A stretch of DNA of 64,000 nucleotides from Desulfatiglandales bacterium (GTDB lineage: Bacteria; Desulfobacterota; DSM-4660; Desulfatiglandales; Desulfatiglandaceae): the NCBI GenBank assembly GCA_963666345.1, contig OY762721.1:2944001-3008000 (forward strand). The letters are read 5' to 3'. Shown here in pieces: positions 10,381-18,334 of the stretch. The translations under genes were made by a program, and so were the position numbers. Position 1 is the first letter of the stretch. Every line of letters starts with the position of its first letter. The notes below the pieces were generated by a model. It made no database searches, was not told the origin of the DNA, and saw nothing but the letters and a program-made list of their open reading frames with translations.

Positions 10381-11184
10381 GTGTATTTACTGTATTGCAT
10401 ATTTCACGGCATTGAAGTCCAAAGGCAAGCGACCCTTAAGGGGGTTGGCGGTCAACCTGTCTTTCCGGTTGCGATAAACGGCATCGGCGCTGCCGTATCC
10501 GAAATTAGCGATGCGCATTTGACGCCTGATGTTCCGCAGGTCATGGCATACAAAAAGGTTGTAGAATCATTTCACAGCGATCGAACGGTCATTCCCATGC
10601 GATACGGCTGTGTGCTCAGGGACAGGCCTCAGGTTGTTCAGCTTTTGAAGAGAAACGCCCGTCGGTATGAATCGCTTCTCAAAGAACTGGATGGCTGCGT
10701 GGAGATGGGGATTCGATTGATGATTGATGATTGCCGATTGTCGATTGAAGATTTAAGGAAATCGGAGTTAGAAAATTTCGATCCGCAATCCGCAATCCAG
10801 AATCCAAAATCCAAAATCACGGGACGGGCATATCTGGCCGCCCGAAAAGAGCATTATGCCCAAGAAGAATGCATCACGGAAGCGAACAATGAAATCGCCG
10901 AGCAATTCCGTGCCGCGTTGGCCGGTCTCTTCGTGAAATGTAAAGTTGAGACTGCTGCAATCGCCAATCGCCAATCCGCAATCCACAATCCACTTCTTTC
11001 CCTTTATTTTCTCGTGCCTAAAAAATCCATTGATCCGTTCCGGCGGGTTTTTCGGCACATGCGCCGCAGGATGGAAACCACGAAGCTTCTTTTGAGCGGG
11101 CCATGGCCTCCTTACAGTTTTGTGCTGCCTGACAAGAAAGAGCGCCGGTCGGGGCTTCAGGACAAAGAGGTAAAAGAAAGGTAA
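10381..11184 (+). CDS. GvpL/GvpF family gas vesicle protein carrying in-frame repeat insertions
   Basis: YLLYCI, VIPMRYG, EMGIR, SGPWPPYSF; repeat-derived peptides LMIDDCRLSIED/PQSAIQNPKSKI/ANRQSAIHNP. Confidence 0.9.
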   Translation: MYLLYCIFHGIEVQRQATLKGVGGQPVFPVAINGIGAAVSEISDAHLTPDVPQVMAYKKVVESFHSDRTVIPMRYGCVLRDRPQVVQLLKRNARRYESLLKELDGCVEMGIRLMIDDCRLSIEDLRKSELENFDPQSAIQNPKSKITGRAYLAARKEHYAQEECITEANNEIAEQFRAALAGLFVKCKVETAAIANRQSAIHNPLLSLYFLVPKKSIDPFRRVFRHMRRRMETTKLLLSGPWPPYSFVLPDKKERRSGLQDKEVKER

Positions 11185-11193
11185 CCCTGGACC

Positions 11194-12666
11194 ATGAATG
11201 CCGAATCCGTGAACGCCTCCGATATATCCTCAAAACATGAAGGTCTCTATGAAATGCTTTTAGAGTCCATTCCCTCTTCTGTCCTGCTGATCGACAAAAC
11301 GCTGTCCATCGTATCCGCAAATCGAAATTTCCTTGAAAAAAACGACCTGTCCTTATCCGAGACAATCGGGCAAAAGCTGGAAAAAGTGTTCCCGGACGTA
11401 ATCCTCCACCGGTTGCCTGTCCTGGATCAAATCCGGGGTGTTTTTCAAACCAGCGAACCGACCAATGGCCAGCGGTTGACCTATCGGGCCCCCGGGGTCC
11501 CCATGAGGGTTTATTACTATAAAATGATCCCGGTCATTCGGCAGGGCGTGATTGAAAACGTGATGTTTCTGATGGATGATATCACCCAGCAGGTGAAATT
11601 GAGCGAGAAGATCCAGCAGGTTGAACGTCACCTCGCGAGTGTCGTTGAGAGTGCCACTGACATCGTTCTATCCCTTGATACGGGGGGGCGGTTTTTGTCC
11701 ATGAACCCGGCCGCGGAAAAAATTTTCGGGTTCTCCATCGAGGATAACGATGGCCCGCTGTTTCAGGACTGTTTGCTTAAAGATGAAAAAAAAGAAATGC
11801 AGAAGGTTTTTTCTGAAGTGATGCACGGTAATAAAGCAAAAGCAGTCGAATGGGACCTGATTACAAAAGAGAAAGTGAGCATTCGCGTCTCCTGGATTTT
11901 TTCACCCATGAAGGATGAAATGTCGAAACCGATCGGCATCGTGGCGGTGGGAAGAGACTTAACCGAGCAGCGCAAATTGGAGATGGAGCTTTTTCAGTCA
12001 CAGAAACTCTCCGCCCTGGGCGTTATGGCTGGAGGTGTTGCCCATGAAATCAGAAATCCGCTGGCCATCAGTTCTTCCGCCGCCCAATTTCTCATGGATG
12101 ATGATATTACCGCTGAGTTTCGCAAGGAGTGTGCGGCTAAAGTTAATTTGGGCATTCAGAGAGCTGCCGCCATCATTGATAACCTTATAAAATTTGCCCG
12201 GCCGGCGTCAAAGCACAGGGTTGAGCCTGTTGAACTCATCTCTCTTCTGCAGGAAACAGTATCTCTGGTCTCCAATCAGGCCGGGATACAAAAAATCGAA
12301 ATAATATCGCATCTCTCCGGGGAATCCTTTACGGTCCAGGGGGTTTACGGACTTCTCCAGCAATTGTTCCTAAACCTTTTCCTGAACGCCATTGCGGCCA
12401 TGCCGCACGGAGGTATCCTGACCCTCTCTGCAGAAAGTCGGGTCGGGGACGTTTTGCTTCGGATAACGGATACGGGGGGCGGTATACCGGGAAAAAACAT
12501 CGATAAAATATTCGACCCTTTTTTTACGACCGGTTCCATAGGAGAAGGCATAGGATTGGGGCTTTCCATCGCCTATGCCATCGTGAAACAGCACGTCGGC
12601 ACTATTGAGGTGCATAGTGCCAGAGGAAAGGGAAGCACCTTCATCGTGAAGCTGCCCACACAGTGA
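11194..12666 (+). CDS. PAS-PAS sensor histidine kinase (GvrB-like position)
   Basis: Two PAS domains, GVAHEIRNPL, HATPase. Confidence 0.93.
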   Translation: MNAESVNASDISSKHEGLYEMLLESIPSSVLLIDKTLSIVSANRNFLEKNDLSLSETIGQKLEKVFPDVILHRLPVLDQIRGVFQTSEPTNGQRLTYRAPGVPMRVYYYKMIPVIRQGVIENVMFLMDDITQQVKLSEKIQQVERHLASVVESATDIVLSLDTGGRFLSMNPAAEKIFGFSIEDNDGPLFQDCLLKDEKKEMQKVFSEVMHGNKAKAVEWDLITKEKVSIRVSWIFSPMKDEMSKPIGIVAVGRDLTEQRKLEMELFQSQKLSALGVMAGGVAHEIRNPLAISSSAAQFLMDDDITAEFRKECAAKVNLGIQRAAAIIDNLIKFARPASKHRVEPVELISLLQETVSLVSNQAGIQKIEIISHLSGESFTVQGVYGLLQQLFLNLFLNAIAAMPHGGILTLSAESRVGDVLLRITDTGGGIPGKNIDKIFDPFFTTGSIGEGIGLGLSIAYAIVKQHVGTIEVHSARGKGSTFIVKLPTQ

Positions 12667-12711
12667 GGCGTTCCATTGACGATTGATGATTGGTGATTGA
12701 GGGCTGAAAAC

Positions 12712-13092
12712 ATGAAAACCAAAGAGCGGACCGTTCTCATTGTAGATGACGAGCCGGATATATTCTGGGTTATGGAACACCTCCTGAAGCAGGAAGGATT
12801 TGTCCTGATCGGGGCCTTGAACGGGCTGGAAACCCTGGTGGTCATGGAAAAAAAACATTTTGAACTGATTTTGCTTGACGCCAAACTGCCTGATATTGAG
12901 GGTTTGGCGCTGGCAAAAAAAATAAGGGAGATGGATTCAACGATTCCCATTGTGCTGATATCCGGATATCTTAGCCGGGATGACGAAATCGTTCAGGACG
13001 CACTCTCCAGCGGATTGATCTCGGAGTATATCTCCAAACCTTTTCAGCACACCGAGATCCTGAATGCAGTGAAAAATCTGTTGCTTTTGTAA
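12712..13092 (+). CDS. Single-domain response regulator (GvrC-like position)
   Basis: IVDDE, LLDAKLPD, ISGY, KPF. Confidence 0.9.
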   Translation: MKTKERTVLIVDDEPDIFWVMEHLLKQEGFVLIGALNGLETLVVMEKKHFELILLDAKLPDIEGLALAKKIREMDSTIPIVLISGYLSRDDEIVQDALSSGLISEYISKPFQHTEILNAVKNLLLL

Positions 13093-13108
13093 ACCCCGGT
13101 CTCTGAAA

Positions 13109-13148
13109 TATGGAATGGATTCCATTTTATAATGGCGCCTGTTCCATA
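13109..13148. promoter_or_regulatory. Putative upstream activator sequences for the gvpA sigma54 promoter
   Basis: TATGGAATGGATTCCATT (13109-13126) and AATGGCGCCTGTTCCATA (13131-13148), 22 bp apart. Confidence 0.65.
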
Positions 13149-13266
13149 GCCCCTATTTCCTGTTTTTTATCCTTTGAGAATCAATTCCCCCGTCCTCCGT
13201 TCAAATTACCCTTGATTTCAGCCGGTTGAAAGGGATTAAAGCTTCCACCACAAATGTACGTGTCTC

Positions 13267-13282
13267 CGGCACGGTTAATGCA
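13267..13282 (+). promoter_or_regulatory. Sigma54 -24/-12 promoter of gvpA operon
   Basis: CGGCACGGTTAATGCA; GG-N10-GC spacing exact. Confidence 0.8.
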
Positions 13283-13354
13283 ATAAATATTGTCTGCATG
13301 CATGCATATGGCAAAATCAGTTTAACCGACAAAAAACCAGAAAGGAGAAACATC

Positions 13355-13573
13355 ATGGCAAAAGTACAAAAATCGACAGATTCCTCGAGCCTGGCAGAGG
13401 TTGTGGACAGAATCCTCGACAAAGGCATTGTAATCGATGCATGGGCCAAGGTATCGCTTGTTGGGATAGAATTGCTGTCTATCGAAGCGCGTGTGGTGAT
13501 CGCTTCAGTGGAAACCTATTTGAAGTATGCCGAAGCCATCGGCCTCACAGCCTCCGCTGCAGCTCCTGCCTGA
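13355..13573 (+). CDS. gvpA: Major gas vesicle structural protein GvpA
   Basis: [71 protein letters not shown]. Confidence 0.98.
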   Translation: MAKVQKSTDSSSLAEVVDRILDKGIVIDAWAKVSLVGIELLSIEARVVIASVETYLKYAEAIGLTASAAAPA

Positions 13574-13735
13574 AAGATCGGTGTGAAGGCAGCTTAGGCG
13601 GAATGAAACGACCCGCAACCGTTGCCCTTCCCCGTTAAACCCATATGGGCAATCTTTACGCGAGGAGCCGATCCCAAGGCTCCTCACGTTCAGACAACAT
13701 CTGTTTCCATTATAAACCGAGAAAGGAGAAGGACC

Positions 13736-14830
13736 ATGGGGCGATTAACGGAAGATATGACAAATCTGCGTGATGGAATAGACGCCCTCCGCAACGGGCG
13801 GGTGGAATTCATCGCCGGTTTAAAACACGGCATGTCTGAACTCAAGTCCGATGTGGCGGACATGCAGCAAGGTTTCCGCAAAGATTACACCCGGATGGCC
13901 GGAAACATGAAAGACAATTTGAAGGCCTTCATGGCTGAAACAGAAGCATATGTCTCAAACCTGAAAAATGACGTGGTGGACATGCAGGATAATTTCCGCA
14001 GCGATCACGCCGATATGGCCCGTAAGTTGAAAGACGATCTTAGTGGGTTTGCATCCGGGATAACATCCTCCGTGGCCGACCTGATGGATCTCTTCAGTGA
14101 CGACCGTGCCAAGATGGCCGGAAACATGAAAGACAGTTTGAAGGCCTTCATGGCTGAAACAGAAGCATATGTCTCAAACTTGAAAAATGACGTGGCGGAC
14201 ATGCAGGATAATTTCCGCAACGACCACGCCGATATGGCCGGCAAGTTGAAAAAGAATCTTCGGATGTTCGCAGCCGGCATAAAGTCCACCGTGTCCGATC
14301 TGGAAAAGCAATTTCGAGATGAGCATATCGAGATGACCGGCAAGGCCGGGGCTGAACGCCAAATGTTTTTTTCAAACGTGAAACAATCGCTTGCCGACCT
14401 GAAACTGAAAACAACCGATCTTCTTCAGGATATTAGCGATGATCTTGCCGGGGCCCGCAGGGCATGGTCCGGCACAACACCAACACCGTCCAGGAAAAGG
14501 ACTGCCGAAAAGGTCCCCAGGCCTGCCAAAAAACAGGCAGAACCGGAGAAGGTTGCACTTCCGGTCAAAGATCAGGAAGCGCAAGAGAGTACCGAAGATG
14601 TGCCTTTAAAGGTACGCCAACCCGCCAAAGCACAGGCAAAATCGGATGATCTCACACAGATCAATGGAATTGGTCCCGTCATGAGCAGGTGTCTGAACAA
14701 GGCCGGTATTTTTACGTTCGCAAAATTGGCTTCAAGCACCACTGAGGAAATCCGGGGAGCGCTGGGGCAATCGGCAAAGTTTGCCAACTTTGAGAGGTGG
14801 GTCAAGGAGGCCGGGAAATTGAGCAGCTAA
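13736..14830 (+). CDS. GvpC-like helical-repeat protein with C-terminal helix-hairpin-helix domain
   Basis: Position between gvpA and gvpN; 33/40-aa amphipathic repeats; DDLTQINGIGP..L..AGI.TF..LA tail. Confidence 0.7.
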   Translation: MGRLTEDMTNLRDGIDALRNGRVEFIAGLKHGMSELKSDVADMQQGFRKDYTRMAGNMKDNLKAFMAETEAYVSNLKNDVVDMQDNFRSDHADMARKLKDDLSGFASGITSSVADLMDLFSDDRAKMAGNMKDSLKAFMAETEAYVSNLKNDVADMQDNFRNDHADMAGKLKKNLRMFAAGIKSTVSDLEKQFRDEHIEMTGKAGAERQMFFSNVKQSLADLKLKTTDLLQDISDDLAGARRAWSGTTPTPSRKRTAEKVPRPAKKQAEPEKVALPVKDQEAQESTEDVPLKVRQPAKAQAKSDDLTQINGIGPVMSRCLNKAGIFTFAKLASSTTEEIRGALGQSAKFANFERWVKEAGKLSS

Positions 14831-14912
14831 ACAGCGTGTTCGCCTCAGGTCCCGGTCTTTTTTTGTCAAATTCACGATTTTCAAGAAAATTTTCAATGTC
14901 GGGAGAGTTTCA

Positions 14913-15878
14913 ATGAAGACTAAATCTTTGAATCGCACCTCGGAAGCAATCCAGATAATGCCGATGCCAAATGATAACGTTCTGCCCGAGCCCAGCAAGG
15001 AATTCGTCAACACCTCTTACATCCGGGATGTGACGGAGCGTGCCCTTGCTTATCTCAATGTGGGATATCCGGTACACTTTTCCGGCCCGGCAGGCACGGG
15101 AAAAACAACCCTTGCCTTTCATATTGCCGCACAGCTCGGCAGGCCGGTCTCTCTCATTCACGGAGATGACGAGTTCGGAAGCTCCGACCTGATTGGACGG
15201 GATTCGGGATACCGAAAGTATAAACTTTATGACAATTATATCCATTCCGTCATGAAAACCGAGGAGCATTTGAATACACAGTGGGAGGACAACCGGTTGA
15301 CCACGGCATGCAAAAACGGGAATACGCTCATTTACGATGAGTTTACCCGGTCTAGACCGGAGGCCAATAATGCGCTTCTCAGCGTCCTAGAAGAAAAATT
15401 TTTAAATCTGCCAAGGCTTCGAAGGGCCGATAAGGGGTACATGGAAGTGCATCCCGATTTCCGGGCGATCTTTACTTCCAACCCCGAGGAGTATGCAGGG
15501 GTCCACAAAACCCAGGACGCACTGATGGACCGTCTAATCACCATTCATCTGGGCCATTTTGACAGGGAGACGGAGGTGCAGGTTGCAATGGCCAGGTCGG
15601 GTCTGAAACTCAGCGATGCCGAAACCATTGTCGACATCGTGAGAGGGTTGCGAAATACGGGAGTAAATAACAACCGGCCCACCATTCGTGCCAGCATCGC
15701 CATTGTCCGCATCCTGGCAAACCTTGGCGGGCACGCCCGGATGGACGACCCCGTTTTCATCCGCACATGCCGTGACGTCCTGAGCACCAATACGGCCAAG
15801 GTTACCCGCGGGGGCCAGCCACTCATGCCCGAGGTGCTGGAGGAGGTTATGCAGAAGGTCTGCGGAACCCGGACATAA
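14913..15878 (+). CDS. gvpN: Gas vesicle AAA ATPase GvpN
   Basis: GPAGTGKTT, DNYIHSV, YDEFTRSRPEANN, TSNPEEYAGVHKTQDALMDRL. Confidence 0.97.
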   Translation: MKTKSLNRTSEAIQIMPMPNDNVLPEPSKEFVNTSYIRDVTERALAYLNVGYPVHFSGPAGTGKTTLAFHIAAQLGRPVSLIHGDDEFGSSDLIGRDSGYRKYKLYDNYIHSVMKTEEHLNTQWEDNRLTTACKNGNTLIYDEFTRSRPEANNALLSVLEEKFLNLPRLRRADKGYMEVHPDFRAIFTSNPEEYAGVHKTQDALMDRLITIHLGHFDRETEVQVAMARSGLKLSDAETIVDIVRGLRNTGVNNNRPTIRASIAIVRILANLGGHARMDDPVFIRTCRDVLSTNTAKVTRGGQPLMPEVLEEVMQKVCGTRT

Positions 15879-15903
15879 CCGGCCGGAGACCGTTGGCCGC
15901 TCA

Positions 15904-16023
15904 TATTGGCGATTGCAGATTTGTGATTGATGATTTGCGATTGTCGATTGAAGGAATTCTATATTTTATCAAAAAAGAAAGAGCGAAGCGATTCCACAAA
16001 TCAACAATCAACAATCGACAATA
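15904..16023. repeat. Gene-less inverted heptamer element (MITE-like) with GAGCGAAGCG core
   Basis: 7x GATTGNN-like left, 4x NNCAATC-like right, AT-rich centre. Confidence 0.85.
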
Positions 16024-16038
16024 AAAAGGAGCCAAAAG

Positions 16039-16362
16039 ATGCCTTTACCCAAAAAAATCATTCGAGGTTTGGCAAACATCCGCACACGCTCGGGAACCCG
16101 CGACCAGGTATCCGAGCCGTACAAGGCTTTTCTTAGAATCGGATCACTGGAGATGGAGAAAGCCCGGCGGGGCAAGGAAAAGGAAAGCGCAATGAACCGT
16201 GTGCATAATATAGATGACCGTTTCCTGGAAATCGAGGCTGAAAAATCTGAACTTCTAAAGGCAATCGGCATAACGGCCAGCGGCGATGCTTGCGGTAATC
16301 CGGCCAATGGGTCGAAGCGTGAGACGGCCCAAAATAATGGCGGATTCAAAATATCTTACTGA
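16039..16362 (+). CDS. GvpV-like small coiled-coil protein
   Basis: AAGGAG RBS; position directly after gvpN; LEMEKARR coiled coil. Confidence 0.6.
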   Translation: MPLPKKIIRGLANIRTRSGTRDQVSEPYKAFLRIGSLEMEKARRGKEKESAMNRVHNIDDRFLEIEAEKSELLKAIGITASGDACGNPANGSKRETAQNNGGFKISY

Positions 16363-16493
16363 GTATCAGTATGGATTATAGGATTGATGATTGACTATTG
16401 GTGATTGTCGATTGAAAAGCGCCTTAAAAGCTAAAGCATACAATATCCAAACACCAAAAACATTATTTTAAGGGTTATATATGAGGTAAACCG

Positions 16494-16750
16494 ATGCCAA
16501 GGTTGAAGGGGGCGGCCTATATCCACACCAGCCGAACGATCCGAGGTTTTCGGTCCTGTCGGCACTTTACCGGGATATCTCTCACCTACTTTGAGTCCGG
16601 CCGGATCGGATTCGAAAAAGAGAAAATAGCCGTCAGGGAAGCGTTGAACAGAAGACACGGTCAAAGTCACCGTGCAGGTTCTCGTCTGCTGTCCGAGGGT
16701 GTTCCGGTTCATGACAGGAAGACGCTTATTGGAGATAGAAACAAGAAAGG
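16494..16750 (+). pseudogene. Possible degenerate paralog of the GvpV-like gene
   Basis: GAGGT RBS; MPRLKG..RTIRG..RIGFEKEK in one frame and RRLLEIETRK in another echo IIRGL..LEMEK..RFLEIEAEK. Confidence 0.3.
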
Positions 16751-16770
16751 GCAAAGAAAGGGGTCAAGAT

Positions 16771-16956
16771 ATGAAAATCAACTGTCTTTCCTGCGGGCAC
16801 AAAGTAGACCTGGACGATGTTTACGATGATTATCAAGGCCAGATCAGGTGTTTGACCTGCGCCGCGATGCTGGAAATCAAAACCGAGGAAGGTCAACTCA
16901 GATCTGTCATATGGGCTAATGTTCCGCCCTCCCCTTTGGAAGAGAAAACCGCCTGA
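16771..16956 (+). CDS. Small zinc-ribbon protein (CxxC-x18-CxxC)
   Basis: MKINCLSCGH...IRCLTCAAMLEI; AGGGG RBS. Confidence 0.75.
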   Translation: MKINCLSCGHKVDLDDVYDDYQGQIRCLTCAAMLEIKTEEGQLRSVIWANVPPSPLEEKTA

Positions 16957-17007
16957 GGGCGCTTTGACAATTACCCGCAAACGTAAGAAAAGGATTGGGA
17001 AAGCAAA

Positions 17008-17772
17008 ATGGCTGCGCAATCTCCGGATCATAAAGGAAGATACTTATACGCCGTAATCGCCGGGGCCGGCGGGCAAAACCTGGAAACACAGGGAATTGAC
17101 AACGGCGCCCTCTATACCATTTCTGAAGGGAAAATCTCGGCTGTTGTCAGCGATGTCCCCAACAAAAAGCTGCGACCGGAACGGAGACACCTGGCGGCCC
17201 ACCAGGGTGTGCTTCGGCGGTTGATGGAAGAGGGCACGCCGCTCCCCATGACATTCGGTATCATTGCGGACGGTTCCCGGGCAATCAGGCGGATACTGAC
17301 CCTAAACGAAAAAGCTTTTCAGGAAGCGCTTGACCATGTCAACGGGAAAGTGGAAATGGGACTGCGGGTCACCTGGGATGTACCGAATATATTCGATTAT
17401 TTTATCAACACCCATCCGGAACTCAGAGCGGTACGAGATCGGTATTTCGGCACCAATCTGGAACCGGCGCACGCGGATAAGTTAGCGCTGGGGCGTATGT
17501 TCGACAACCTGTTGAATGAAGAAAGGGAGATCCACACCGAAAAGGTAGAAGAGATTCTTGCCGGTGTCTGCTTCGAGATCAACCGAAACCCATGCCGAAG
17601 CGAACTGGAAGTCATGAGCCTGGCCTGCCTTGTGGGACGGGATAAGGCGAAACAAAAAGCGTTTGAAAAAGGCATTTTGGAAGCAGCCAATCCGTTCGAC
17701 AACAATTATGCCTTCGATTACAACGGCCCCTGGGCTCCCCATAATTTCGTGGATATAGAGCTTAAGTTATGA
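17008..17772 (+). CDS. gvpF: Gas vesicle protein GvpF (GvpL/F family)
   Basis: GRYLYAVI, AHQGVL, LPMTFG, GKVEMGLRVTW, GPWAPHNFV; precedes gvpG. Confidence 0.9.
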   Translation: MAAQSPDHKGRYLYAVIAGAGGQNLETQGIDNGALYTISEGKISAVVSDVPNKKLRPERRHLAAHQGVLRRLMEEGTPLPMTFGIIADGSRAIRRILTLNEKAFQEALDHVNGKVEMGLRVTWDVPNIFDYFINTHPELRAVRDRYFGTNLEPAHADKLALGRMFDNLLNEEREIHTEKVEEILAGVCFEINRNPCRSELEVMSLACLVGRDKAKQKAFEKGILEAANPFDNNYAFDYNGPWAPHNFVDIELKL

Positions 17773-17792
17773 ATGAAGAGAAAACAATTTTT

Positions 17793-17933
17793 GATTGGCG
17801 ATTGGCGATTGGCGATTGACGATTTAAGGAAGTCGCTTCGCTCCATTATTATTTTTATAAATATAGAGCGATATTCCTCAATTTTTCAAACGGTGTTATT
17901 CAATCAACAATCGCCAATCAACAATCAACAATG
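17793..17933. repeat. Gene-less inverted heptamer element abutting the gvpG start codon
   Basis: GATTGGC x3 GATTGAC GATTTAA + GTCGCTTCGCTC ... TTCAATC AACAATC GCCAATC AACAATC AACAATG. Confidence 0.88.
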
Positions 17934-18212
17934 CTTATAGTCGATGACATACTGTTTTTTCCGATGCGTAGTATCCTCTGGATATTTCGCGAACTGCACA
18001 ACTCCGTCCGGCAGGAGATGGAAAACGAGGCCGAGTCCATCACGGCGGAACTGAGCGATCTTTATATGATGTTAGAGACGGAAAGAATAACGGAAGACGA
18101 GTTCGACGCCCGTGAAAAACAGCTCCTTGACCGGCTGGAAATGATACAGGAGCGCAATACCGGTATCGAAGATGATGAAGAAGACCCTGATCCGGATAAA
18201 CCGGGAGAGTGA
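17931..18212 (+). CDS. gvpG: Gas vesicle protein GvpG
   Basis: MLIVDDILFFP..WIFREL...ITEDEFDAREKQLLDRL. Confidence 0.92.
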   Translation: MLIVDDILFFPMRSILWIFRELHNSVRQEMENEAESITAELSDLYMMLETERITEDEFDAREKQLLDRLEMIQERNTGIEDDEEDPDPDKPGE

Positions 18213-18322
18213 CAACTGATCAGTAACCGGCCTCCGGCCCAGAGGGACCTACGCCCCGGAGGATGATCAGTGAAAAAAGATCGGTGACCGATAACCTATG
18301 ACTGATATCCGGTACCAGATTA
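18209..18322. repeat. Gene-less GTGANCN-type heptamer element containing a 32-bp GC-rich hairpin
   Basis: GTGACAA CTGATCA GTAACCG [CCTCCGG...CCGGAGG 18231-18262] ATGATCA GTGAAAA ... CGGTGAC CGATAAC CTATGAC. Confidence 0.65.
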
Positions 18323-18334
18323 AAGGGCTAAATA

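Noticed and set aside
13226..13354. N-terminally extended GvpA from the ORF track
   Set aside because: Extension overlaps the sigma54 promoter; strong RBS supports ATG 13355
15927..16136. 69-aa ORF MMICDCRLKEF...
   Set aside because: Translation of the repeat element, overlapping a better-supported gene
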